Of a stretch of 64,000 bases of DNA, positions 38,919 to 48,288 are shown piece by piece. The stretch comes from a virus (Duplodnaviria > Caudoviricetes), in the IMG/VR virus record IMGVR_UViG_3300028048_000138, positions 4,739-68,738 of that record. The stretch is one strand, 5' to 3'. How positions within the stretch are numbered: the first letter of the stretch is position 1; every line of letters starts with the position of its first letter. A program made the translations under genes and the position numbers. The notes beneath the pieces are model-generated. The model was not told where the DNA came from. It saw only the letters and a program-made list of their open reading frames with translations, and did not search any database.

Positions 38919-39232
38919 GCCTGTCCGTTTTCTTGTAACCATTCATATAAAGATTGATTTTCATACAATTCATTCAAGTTGACATCAAGTGAATCTAATA
39001 TTTCTTCATTCTTATTGTCTCTTGTCATTACCAATTCTTTAAGTTCTGTAAGAGCACCTTCGCCCAATCTTTCGTCCCATGTACCATCTTTAAAACGAAT
39101 GCCGTATTTAAACATGGTACCTGGTTTATCCCATATACTCGTTACTTCATTTATATTAATAACAATCGTACTCCCATACGAATCGCGTATTTCTACCCAA
39201 GGCCAATTGATTGATTTGATATATTTGTCCAT
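38915..39232 (-). CDS. Hypothetical protein
   Basis: 105 aa; ATGA overlap with hpt. Confidence 0.55.
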   Translation of the reverse strand: MDKYIKSINWPWVEIRDSYGSTIVININEVTSIWDKPGTMFKYGIRFKDGTWDERLGEGALTELKELVMTRDNKNEEILDSLDVNLNELYENQSLYEWLQENGQA

Positions 39233-39264
39233 ATATGATAGGTTATCTTGTATTAAAATATCTT

Positions 39265-39924
39265 TTATGATGGGTTATCTTTAACATCACCTATAATTAA
39301 TTCATGTGCATATGGGAGACTTTCGATCCAACTAACAAATTCTCCCCAATCTTCTTTGAGTTTATGATTCTTCCTTTGGAAGTATATGGTTTGGAGTTGT
39401 TTGTAGTTTGTGCTACAACGCATCCAAAGCTCAAGACCCAGTGGACAGTTACTAACGACAGTCATCCAAGCATCATATATATCATCAGGGCCGCCAGTAT
39501 CGCAAACAATATTATAATCTGTAATAAGTTTTTCCATATGATCTCGGGTCTCCTTTGTAACATACTTATTACAACATTTCCCAAAATCCATCTTCACTAG
39601 CCTATGCATCTTAGACATAGATGTAACAATGTCAAAGAAATGATAACGTTGAATCTCTGGAGAAATATATTGAGGGTATTTAAGATCAAAGCTAACTCGG
39701 ATTCCTGTCAGGAAATTATCATGACACTTCACCACCCCTCCTTTACTTGCCTGAACAAGTTTCTTTGCTCTTACCAGACTCTTCTCAAATTCTTCATCGG
39801 TGTACTCTGGGAGATCAAGCCGCATAGCATTTCTGCAAGCAATAACGCTTTCTTTTAGGTCATAAACGCGCGTATTTTTGATTTCTAACATGTTCCTATA
39901 TAATTTATCATCTTTTTGTTTCAA
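39265..39924 (-). CDS. ThyX-like (flavin-dependent thymidylate synthase fold) protein
   Basis: HDNFL, EIQRYHF..TSMS (RHRxxS-like), PLGL...TNYKQL...QR..HKL..EDW pattern. Confidence 0.45.
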   Translation of the reverse strand: MKQKDDKLYRNMLEIKNTRVYDLKESVIACRNAMRLDLPEYTDEEFEKSLVRAKKLVQASKGGVVKCHDNFLTGIRVSFDLKYPQYISPEIQRYHFFDIVTSMSKMHRLVKMDFGKCCNKYVTKETRDHMEKLITDYNIVCDTGGPDDIYDAWMTVVSNCPLGLELWMRCSTNYKQLQTIYFQRKNHKLKEDWGEFVSWIESLPYAHELIIGDVKDNPS

Positions 39925-39953
39925 AGCGAAAATACCTATGTTTTTGCGAGAAA

Positions 39954-41747
39954 TTAAACACCTTTCTTATTGTTCCAAATATATTTTGATTGTCCTGAAT
40001 CATATATTTTAAAATATTGAAGGTTATCCATAATTTTAGATTCAGATAATTCTTTATTAAACCCTAATTTTATTAATTCGGATTTTCTAAATTTATATCT
40101 ATGATATCTGTTTAATTTTTTATCTACATACCAATATGATCCAAAATTACTTTTTGAAAGATCAAAACCCAGAGAATTATAAATATTACCATTACTAATA
40201 TCATTTGAAGAAAATGATTCTATATAATTCGGACCGTATTGCTTTATAAAATATGTGAACATTTTACTAGCTCCTCCAATAACCTGATACCCAAGTTTAT
40301 TACAATATCTATAAAGTTCCCACCCATCAATATGTTTTTTATTGAATATTTTTCGTATCTTCCCAAATGTCATTATAGAAACTAAATCGTTGTTGTAATA
40401 TAATCCTATTTTAATAGAACTGTTTACGTTTCCTTGTAGATGATTCGTGTTTATAAAATTTATTGATTCTTTAGTAGATACAATTTTTACTTCACATTTT
40501 CTTGCATATATGCGTTTATTGAAAAATCCGAGTTTTGATAAGATAATGGATTTTATAATTTCGGGGGTTTTTATTATTTGATCTTCCCATATTGTGAGTA
40601 ATTGAATTCCCTTTTCATTACATTCTTTCCATTTTAAATAATGTTTTTGTGAGTTTTTATTATTCATTCTATTAACGGAATGCCAATAAATACCGTTGCA
40701 TTCTATCGCTATTTTTTTATCGGGAATATAGATGTCTAATTCTTTGCCATTTAATACAGTTCTATCATTAGTAATATAATTAATATGTAAATCATCTAAT
40801 ATGTTTCTGACAAATATTTCTAAAGAAGTTCCTTCAATATTGTCTTTGGAAACTGGGTTTAATTTTGTACATAATTCTATTTTATTATATCTGCGGACTG
40901 TATAATGCTGAGCACTTATATTGAATGTTTTTTCTTTACATTTCAAACAATTTTCATGAGGACATTTACATGTATATTGTAAGACTCCGTTAATTGAATT
41001 AATATCTATTAGATAATCGTCGTGTTTTTTTAAGAAATTTTTGATTTTGGTGTTATAAGCTTCTTTTTGTTTTTCTGGGGATCCAAATATTGTTTTATTA
41101 CCATATTTCAATAAATTTGTTTGAGACGCTTTTTCTCTATTTGTAAAATGTTCAATCCCATATTTATTTAAACATGTTTGTTTTGATTTTTCTTGATTTT
41201 CTTTTAATTGTAAATTTGTTTTCACGCCATATTTCTTTAAACACGTTTGTTTTATTTTTTCCTTTATTACTGGAGATGAAGATGGATTATCGCAACCGTA
41301 ATTTTTAATCCAAGTTTGTTTTTTCTTTTTCGATATTTCTTTATTATGAAGCGGACATGAACAACCATATTTTTCAACATTAGTTTGTTTCATTTTATCA
41401 ATAATTCCTTGATATTGAGAAGAATGTTCAACCCCATATTTATTTAAACATGTTTGTTTTGATTTGGATTGAACTTCTGGAGATGATGATGAGCATTTTG
41501 TGGAACAAAATCTTCTATAACCAACATTAAATGAATGATATTTTACAAATTTACCACAAACTGAACAAACCGGATGAGAATTTATATTATGATAATACCA
41601 ATAAAGTTTTTCGGAAAATGTTAAATTTTCTTCAATATATTGATTATTAATCCATGTATAAAAATCTGGGAATTTTTTCTTTATAAAATTCCCAGTTAAT
41701 TGACCCGGTTTAAGATTTTTTAAATATTCTAAAGATGGAATTTCCAT
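39954..41747 (-). mobile_element. Free-standing putative homing endonuclease
   Basis: Same N-terminal Zn domain and KYGV repeats as 27044..28303; ELDIY...AIECNGIYWH nuclease motif; extra C-terminal domain. Confidence 0.75.
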
Positions 41748-41793
41748 ATATTAATCTCATTTAATTAAAAAATAATTAAACTTTGATTAATAT

Positions 41794-42600
41794 TTAAACT
41801 CCTCGTTTGTCACCCCACGCCCTAATATGGAGCCTATCAGTATACATCCAGTCATTAGCAATCGCAGCTTCCATGGTCTCACGGCAATGAGCATCAACTT
41901 GATCTTTGGTGATACCTTCCGGCATCAACATAGTGTTCTTATTAGGATGATTGCGCATCCAGTACCTCAACTCATTATCATCACCCATGTTAACAAACTT
42001 GGACATTTTTGCATATATATCTTTTATTTCCCCTACACATTCTGGCCCGCTATATACAAACTTGAACTGATAAGGGACACCACAAGTAACCACATTAAAA
42101 AGATTTTTATAATTAATCCTCGTCTTGTCGTGATGATCCGCCTGTTCTTTGGTAAGAAATTTGAGTTCATGATCAACACTGGTTCCAAGTTTTGGAGATA
42201 CACTATAGAGACTAATCTTATAATCTTTTGACAAAGTATCCAATACGGGGAGCGAACCATTAGTTTCAATAGTAATCACCCAATCCTTACGGATTTTGAA
42301 AATCTCTGTTAAAAACTCCTTCAACCCCTCTCTCTGGAGGAGAGGCTCGCCGCCAGTAATAACAACATGATTCACTCGGTCGTGTTTAGATGTAAGTTCT
42401 GTAAATGCTTCCACCAACTCATTCATATCAGAATAAAGAGGTTTCTCTGGTTTAAATGAGCTATATGCAGTATCACAAATAGAATCCTTAAATACACATC
42501 TTAGATTGCATCCCGTTGTCCTGATAAAATAAGAAGGGACTCCCGCAAAGCGACCCTCACCTTGAATTGTTGGTCCAAATAACTCACAGATATTTAACAT
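41794..42600 (-). CDS. queE: 7-carboxy-7-deazaguanine synthase (radical SAM)
   Basis: TIQGEG, FIRTTGCNLRC...CDT (Cx3Cx6C variant), ITGGEP, IETNG, SVSPK and RLHI motifs. Confidence 0.9.
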   Translation of the reverse strand: MLNICELFGPTIQGEGRFAGVPSYFIRTTGCNLRCVFKDSICDTAYSSFKPEKPLYSDMNELVEAFTELTSKHDRVNHVVITGGEPLLQREGLKEFLTEIFKIRKDWVITIETNGSLPVLDTLSKDYKISLYSVSPKLGTSVDHELKFLTKEQADHHDKTRINYKNLFNVVTCGVPYQFKFVYSGPECVGEIKDIYAKMSKFVNMGDDNELRYWMRNHPNKNTMLMPEGITKDQVDAHCRETMEAAIANDWMYTDRLHIRAWGDKRGV

Positions 42601-42627
42601 GTTATATATATTTATTTAATCTCTTTC

Positions 42628-43140
42628 TTAAATTTCTTTAAAATAATCCTCGATCTCACCTTTCATCTCATCAAAATGCTCGATATTTCCCTCGCCATCA
42701 ATATTAATATATACATAATCACCATAACCGCTATCCTCGATAGCAAGAAAATTCGGAACATAATATTGATCATATTCTTTTGTGATATTCACAACAGGTT
42801 TCATATCTGAGTTCAAAAATACATATTCCCCATCATCACAAACCTTGTAATGTGTCCGGAGACAAAACCCTTCGGGCCAATCAAGAATTTTACCGTTCTC
42901 CAAATCAATAGTGATTTCCCAATAGTACTCGGGATCACCACGATAATCGCGTTTTTCAACAACACAGGGAGTAATTTCTCTCATTCCTTCACTTTCTTCA
43001 TCTGTATCATCCACACAAGGATCAATCCAAGTTTTTCCACCATCTTTAGAGTAATCGCAATCCTGCCAATATCTTACACCCATAGTAGCGCGAAGAAAAC
43101 TAATTTCTTCTTTAACAATAGTTTGACGTTCAATTTCCAT
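42628..43140 (-). CDS. Conserved phage hypothetical protein
   Basis: VRYW..., IDLENGKILDWP, HYKVCD.G.Y and YVP...GYGDY pattern. Confidence 0.55.
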   Translation of the reverse strand: MEIERQTIVKEEISFLRATMGVRYWQDCDYSKDGGKTWIDPCVDDTDEESEGMREITPCVVEKRDYRGDPEYYWEITIDLENGKILDWPEGFCLRTHYKVCDDGEYVFLNSDMKPVVNITKEYDQYYVPNFLAIEDSGYGDYVYINIDGEGNIEHFDEMKGEIEDYFKEI

Positions 43141-43141
43141 A

Positions 43142-43735
43142 TTACTTAAGATTTATTTGCTGAGGAATAACTGGATTAACAATATACTTTCCAGTTTCAA
43201 TGAAGTCTCTCAATGCTGGTGACCAATCCCTCTTGACTCCTTCACTAAATACAATTTCTTCTTCCCAAAGTGGATTCCAATTGATTTTTTCATCACGTTC
43301 ATCACATCTTGCCATACCGGTAACAGTCTCGTTATATTCTACATTAACACACCTGACTCTATCTTCTCCATTATTAAACTGAGTGTTATCGAGAATCCTG
43401 TTAATGTAATGCATGATGAAGATGCTCAACATTTCTGCACTAGGATTAAATGGAATAAGGATATAACGATCATTAAACTTTTTAAAAAATTCAATCGCTT
43501 CTGGATCGTCTTTTGAACAGATGATATGACAATGATCCATACTATCAATCCATGATCCAATGGTTTCTTTCATAAGACCAAAATCCATTAACATCTGAGC
43601 ATTGTCGAGTTGACGACCTTCAAAGAATACATCTATCACAGCACTGTGACCATGATATGAATGACTACAACGCTCACTTGTACAGTTACGTACTATATGT
43701 GAGCTTTCACAACGGAATCTCTTTCTAATTATCAT
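43142..43735 (-). CDS. queD: 6-carboxy-5,6,7,8-tetrahydropterin synthase
   Basis: SHI...C...HGHS, MDFG, DH and NPSAE motifs. Confidence 0.85.
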   Translation of the reverse strand: MIIRKRFRCESSHIVRNCTSERCSHSYHGHSAVIDVFFEGRQLDNAQMLMDFGLMKETIGSWIDSMDHCHIICSKDDPEAIEFFKKFNDRYILIPFNPSAEMLSIFIMHYINRILDNTQFNNGEDRVRCVNVEYNETVTGMARCDERDEKINWNPLWEEEIVFSEGVKRDWSPALRDFIETGKYIVNPVIPQQINLK

Positions 43736-43762
43736 AACTTAAATCTATTTGTATAAATATAT

Positions 43763-43794
43763 AAAAAAAGACCCTCACTTTTAGTGAAGGTCTT
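43763..43794 (-). terminator. Intrinsic terminator
   Basis: On minus: AAGACCTTCACT-aaa-AGTGAGGGTCTT plus T-tract. Confidence 0.75.
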
Positions 43795-43815
43795 AAAATA
43801 GTGGTTTTAAATCAA

Positions 43816-45069
43816 TTATTCCGCATCTGCGAGTTTTGAGGCAAGCTCGGAGAGAATAGCGAGTTTAGCAGGGTCATTCTTGAACTTCTCTGTCAGAGCA
43901 GCGATACGCTCTTTATAACCGTTCTTTTCATTCACCTTAGCTTCTTCCTCAAGCCTAGCTTTTTCTTCCTCATCAACATTAGCCATATGACTCTTTACAG
44001 CTTCTGCGTAAGCTTCACCAAGTTCTACGTTGGTCTTGGATTTAATGAATGAAAGGGTTGTTATAGCATCTTCGTTAACAGTCCATTTAGCATTGTGGTT
44101 GGACTGAAGAAGTGTAGCATAGAGATCACTACCAGCTTCAATAACAACAAACTTATCACGGTTAGTGTTATAAATAGAGACATTATCAAGATTTACAATA
44201 TTATTGTAGTTCTCAAAGGTGAGTGCAAGAGCCTCGAGTGCAGCTGCAACCCCCTTATTAATGGAACCAGCAACAACAAGGTTGTTATGTTCACGGAGTT
44301 CGTCGACGGTCTCGAAGAGATTTTCAACTCCATTTGCACCAACGCGCTTGCAAGTAATCTTTTCATCAGCCTCACTAATTGTGTACTCACCATTACCTAT
44401 CTTTGCAGTAAGTGTGCCCTGGTCAAAGGACACCATATTGCTTTCGAGGAGAGAAGAAATAGTCTTGAATGTGTTGGATACTTCATTCCAACCAGCTTCC
44501 TGAACTTTCTTATCTTCGTCAATCTTGTAAACGGAACCAGCAACTTCAAAGAAGAAACCATCACCCGCGTTCTCTACAAGAGAGATAGGATGAACTGCTG
44601 TGTATTCAGCTGTTGATTCAACGATAGGAGTGTCTGCATAGACCTGCTTTGCGATGTTACGGAATGCTTCGCAGAACATAACGTTCTTTAGTGCACCAGC
44701 TTTAATATACTTAACCACGTTCTCTTCATCCATCTCAAGTAACTTCTCTACCTGCTTTGCAGCGTTGCGATTGAGATAATTATAAGACCTTCCGTTAGCA
44801 TTGATATCCTCACATGCACATGCGAGTGCCCAGCTAGCCTTGTTAGATGTGATATAATCACTTACCTGTTCGAGCACAGTATTAACACCATTATCATAAC
44901 GAAGACTTGCAGCTTCCTTAACGAATTGATTAACAAGCGAACATGTAGCGTTGTTAGCCATCAGGAACGACTTGTATTTATTTAACATATTGTTACCACT
45001 CTGAGTCTGACCGGCTGACTCGTTTAAAATTGAAGCAAATTCCAATCCGGCTAAAATCTTAATGTTCAT
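43816..45069 (-). CDS. Highly expressed acidic protein, candidate head/prohead core component
   Basis: Monocistronic; codon usage like the protease gene; several (L/I)xE-S/A sites; late-type motif upstream. Confidence 0.45.
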   Translation of the reverse strand: MNIKILAGLEFASILNESAGQTQSGNNMLNKYKSFLMANNATCSLVNQFVKEAASLRYDNGVNTVLEQVSDYITSNKASWALACACEDINANGRSYNYLNRNAAKQVEKLLEMDEENVVKYIKAGALKNVMFCEAFRNIAKQVYADTPIVESTAEYTAVHPISLVENAGDGFFFEVAGSVYKIDEDKKVQEAGWNEVSNTFKTISSLLESNMVSFDQGTLTAKIGNGEYTISEADEKITCKRVGANGVENLFETVDELREHNNLVVAGSINKGVAAALEALALTFENYNNIVNLDNVSIYNTNRDKFVVIEAGSDLYATLLQSNHNAKWTVNEDAITTLSFIKSKTNVELGEAYAEAVKSHMANVDEEEKARLEEEAKVNEKNGYKERIAALTEKFKNDPAKLAILSELASKLADAE

Positions 45070-45126
45070 ATTTATTTGGTATGTTTATTTCTTATATAAT
45101 AACTTATTTATTCATTTTGTTGAAAA

Positions 45127-45234
45127 TTATGACTGTTTAATATCTTTCATTGTAAGATCGGTTAAAAGAGTCCAAATATGAGTTCCGTATCCGGGCCTAT
45201 CTGAATCAAACAGGCTTTCTCTTAAACTTTTCAT
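45127..45234 (-). CDS. 35-aa MKSLRESLFD-leader ORF (possible remnant; not in ORF track)
   Basis: MKSLRESLFDSDRPGYGTHIWTLLTDLTMKDIKQS; ATGA overlap with the upstream gene. Confidence 0.55.
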   Translation of the reverse strand: MKSLRESLFDSDRPGYGTHIWTLLTDLTMKDIKQS

Positions 45235-45891
45235 AATTTATCAGCTAATCTTTTTACTTCTTGTGAAGGAATGGGTTTTCCAATCTTACAATATTTATCA
45301 ATAAGTTTATCAATCCTTATTTTAAAACTATCACTATTAAACACAAATATAGCTGTTTCTAGTCTGTCTAAACAATCTTTAATTGCTTCTTTATCACTAA
45401 ACGAATGCCCGGGTCTACCATCACGAGATAAACTTTCTATTTCGGCGAACCTATTATAACGATCTTGTATCTTCATCGGTGGATTGCTACCGTCAGCTTT
45501 TTTTATTTCAAACCATAAATCGGGTGACCACAAACACCATAAACTTTCATCATCTACATTTTTATCCATCGGAACCACAAATTCTGGGCGGAAATATACA
45601 TAGTATTTAAAAGGTTTTCCGTTAATATTAAAATCAAAAACTTTACCCAACCCCCCCGTTTGGTTTATCCGCGTTCATATCACGGGATATTATAATTGAT
45701 TCGGTTTCACTGAATCCATAATTTGAATGAATTTCATATTTAATCCCATACTTATCGTATAAAGATTTTATCTCGTTCATAAACTCATATTTTAACATAT
45801 CGGGAGTCACTCTTGTGGGGAGATCTTTATCAAACAACGATTCCGTCATTTGAGTCTTCGAATCAAACAAACTTTCACTTAAACTCTTCAT
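45231..45891 (-). pseudogene. MKSLSESLFD-leader gene frameshifted at a G7 tract
   Basis: Track ORFs 45643..45903 and 45231..45650 fuse into a 219-aa ORF if one G of the G7 run (C7 on plus, 45651-45657) is removed. Confidence 0.55.
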
Positions 45892-45892
45892 A

Positions 45893-46474
45893 TTAGACAT
45901 CATCTCTTTTTACAAACTCCCATCTTAATACTTCGGGATAATTTATATGTTTATTCTTATACCCATCATAATAAAGCGAAATAAAACAACCAAACCTCGA
46001 TCTGCAATCTACTTTAAAATAAAAATATTTACCACGAGATTCGTCTTTATATTCCGGGAGTATATATTTATCAAGTTTAGGAGTAAATTCATCACGAAAC
46101 CTACTATTAAATCCTCCAAAGTAATATTCTTCTGTATAAGGAATACTCAAAATAAGACGAGCAAAATCCTCGGTTTTCTTATTTGTATCGGCATTTCTCA
46201 TCATATATTTATCTGCATTCGCATATGCATACAGACCAAGATCAATCTTATCTCCACCCCACTTTTTAAGGTCTTTCTTTACAGCTTTCCAATCAATCAC
46301 ACCCAAAGCATTATTCCCGTCATAATCACCGGTAGGAATGATAACCTTGCTCAATCCTTGACGGAGCTTATAAACCCATTGTCCATCAAAGAAAACGATA
46401 TCCTTGAGTTGATTTCCGATGGGTTCTCTTTCAACTAAATCTTTATCAAACAAACTTTCACTTAAACTTCTCAT
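45893..46474 (-). CDS. MRSLSESLFD-leader family protein
   Basis: Leader motif; ATGA coupling. Confidence 0.7.
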   Translation of the reverse strand: MRSLSESLFDKDLVEREPIGNQLKDIVFFDGQWVYKLRQGLSKVIIPTGDYDGNNALGVIDWKAVKKDLKKWGGDKIDLGLYAYANADKYMMRNADTNKKTEDFARLILSIPYTEEYYFGGFNSRFRDEFTPKLDKYILPEYKDESRGKYFYFKVDCRSRFGCFISLYYDGYKNKHINYPEVLRWEFVKRDDV

Positions 46475-46950
46475 CTCTTCTCAAACTTTATTATAACATC
46501 GGTGTATTCTGTCATGTTTGATTTTGTTATATGTAATTCAATAATATCAAGATCCTTCGAGAAATATACTGCACCATGTTCCCCCGAAAGACTCACATCA
46601 ATACCTCTTCTAAATAGAGGAGAACGAGCGAGGGGTTTGAATGTGTCGATAATATCTTTATCATAATAAGGTTTTGGTTTATATGGAAAATCAGCAACTA
46701 ACCCCGCTATCATCTCTATAGTTTCAAGATACTTATTGTCATAATGACTATTTTGAGGGACCTCACTTAAATCTAATTTTTTATCTTTAGCGGCCTTCTT
46801 AAGTTTACTCATATTGAACATAGTGGTTATACGCATAAATGGAGCATCCCTATTTGTACTGGTGATCCAAACTGGTTTATATACATCGCCAAATTTAATA
46901 TCTTTCTCGACGAGGTCTTTGTCAAATAAACTTTCACTTAAACTTTTCAT
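46471..46950 (-). CDS. MKSLSESLFD-leader family protein
   Basis: Leader motif; ATGA coupling. Confidence 0.7.
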   Translation of the reverse strand: MKSLSESLFDKDLVEKDIKFGDVYKPVWITSTNRDAPFMRITTMFNMSKLKKAAKDKKLDLSEVPQNSHYDNKYLETIEMIAGLVADFPYKPKPYYDKDIIDTFKPLARSPLFRRGIDVSLSGEHGAVYFSKDLDIIELHITKSNMTEYTDVIIKFEKR

Positions 46951-47444
46951 TTCTCTATAAAAATTGCTCTTAATTTAATCCATTTAGTCCTCGCACCAAA
47001 TCGTTTTGATATTTCAAAATATAATTCATGTTGAGCATATACTGGTTTATAAAGCGCAATATTCATATCGGATTTATTCACGTATTGAGGAAAATCTTTA
47101 TTAATTATATCATCATATAAATCATACCACGATAGGTCGTCGACTCCAGGAAGTATGGGTAAGTTACAAACCACTGTAAGCATCCTTAAAAACGGTTCAA
47201 AAATATCAGGTCTTTGATCATTTGAAACAAATTTAATATCTTTATAATCAATAGGTTTGATTGATTTAATTTTCGATTTAAACATCTTTTCAATCAACAC
47301 CTTATCTTCATCGGGGCCGTTATGAAAACTATAATAGTCACCCCAGATGGTGTCAATTGACTTTATTTTATACTCATCTCCAATCTTCGGAAGATCTCTT
47401 TCAACCAAATCATTATCAAACAAACTTTCTTTAAGACTTTTCAT
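46947..47444 (-). CDS. MKSLKESLFD-leader family protein
   Basis: ATG 47444 overlaps the end of the upstream gene by 14 nt. Confidence 0.7.
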   Translation of the reverse strand: MKSLKESLFDNDLVERDLPKIGDEYKIKSIDTIWGDYYSFHNGPDEDKVLIEKMFKSKIKSIKPIDYKDIKFVSNDQRPDIFEPFLRMLTVVCNLPILPGVDDLSWYDLYDDIINKDFPQYVNKSDMNIALYKPVYAQHELYFEISKRFGARTKWIKLRAIFIEK

Positions 47445-48111
47445 ACCAAGAAGGAATTTTTTTAAGAGATTTACAATTAGCAAACATATTATACGTATCA
47501 TTAACATTCCTCACATTCCATTTAGAGAGATCAGAGTTGAATGATGAACAACCATTAAACATAGAACGCATATTTTTCACTTTACTCACATCCCATTTAG
47601 AAAGATCGGAGTTGAATAATCCACAGCCAAAAAACATAAAACCCATATCATTAACATTCTTTACATCCCATTTAGAAAGATCAGAGTTGAATGATTTGCA
47701 ACGTTGAAACATACCCTCCATTTCAGTCACATTCTCCACATTCCATTTAGAGAGATCGGAATTGAATTTTCCACATCTACAAAATGTTTCATTCATATAT
47801 TCAACATTAGAAAAATCCCACTTTGAAAGATCAGAATTAAATGATTCACAACCATAAAACATGAAATTCATATCTTTAACATTACTCACATCCCAACGTG
47901 ATATATCTATATTACAAATATTTAAATCCCTGAATAGATCCGGCATGTCTTTTATCTTACTCACATCAATAATATTAAGATTAGCATCGGGTCCTTGTAA
48001 TTCGAGTTGTTCTTTGATGCAATCAACCAATTCATTTCTTGTTTTGGGGTGATAGAGTATATCTCTTTTAACTAAATCATTATCAAACAAACTTTCTACT
48101 AAACTCTTCAT
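47431..48111 (-). CDS. DUF285/BspA-like repeat protein with MKSLVESLFD leader
   Basis: Five to six 25-aa WDVSNVxxMxxMFxGCxSFNSDLSK repeats. Confidence 0.8.
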   Translation of the reverse strand: MKSLVESLFDNDLVKRDILYHPKTRNELVDCIKEQLELQGPDANLNIIDVSKIKDMPDLFRDLNICNIDISRWDVSNVKDMNFMFYGCESFNSDLSKWDFSNVEYMNETFCRCGKFNSDLSKWNVENVTEMEGMFQRCKSFNSDLSKWDVKNVNDMGFMFFGCGLFNSDLSKWDVSKVKNMRSMFNGCSSFNSDLSKWNVRNVNDTYNMFANCKSLKKIPSWYEKS

Positions 48112-48146
48112 ATATAAAAAATAAAGGGAATCATTTAGATTCCCTC
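48112..48146 (-). terminator. Terminator hairpin overlapping a late-type motif
   Basis: On minus: AGGGAATC-taaat-GATTCCCT then TTATTTTTT-ATAT-ATG. Confidence 0.6.
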
Positions 48147-48286
48147 GTTTTCCTAGCGTTTCTTTTTGGACCATCTAATATATCGTTCCAATATGGATCA
48201 ATCCGCATATCCTTTAATAAAAAGGATTTAAGATCGATATCTGGAATCTTTATTTTTGGTACTTTTGGTTTACGATCCTTGGCCAT
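48131..48286 (-). CDS. 51-aa basic protein (not in ORF track)
   Basis: MAKDRKPKVPKIKIPDIDLKSFLLKDMRIDPYWNDILDGPKRNARKTRESK fills the gap. Confidence 0.5.
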   Translation of the reverse strand: MAKDRKPKVPKIKIPDIDLKSFLLKDMRIDPYWNDILDGPKRNARKTRESK

Positions 48287-48288
48287 TA

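Noticed and set aside
45127-48111. Integron-like attC cassette array
   Set aside because: No intergenic palindromic attC-type sites (genes overlap) and no integrase in the window; conservation is confined to coding leader DNA
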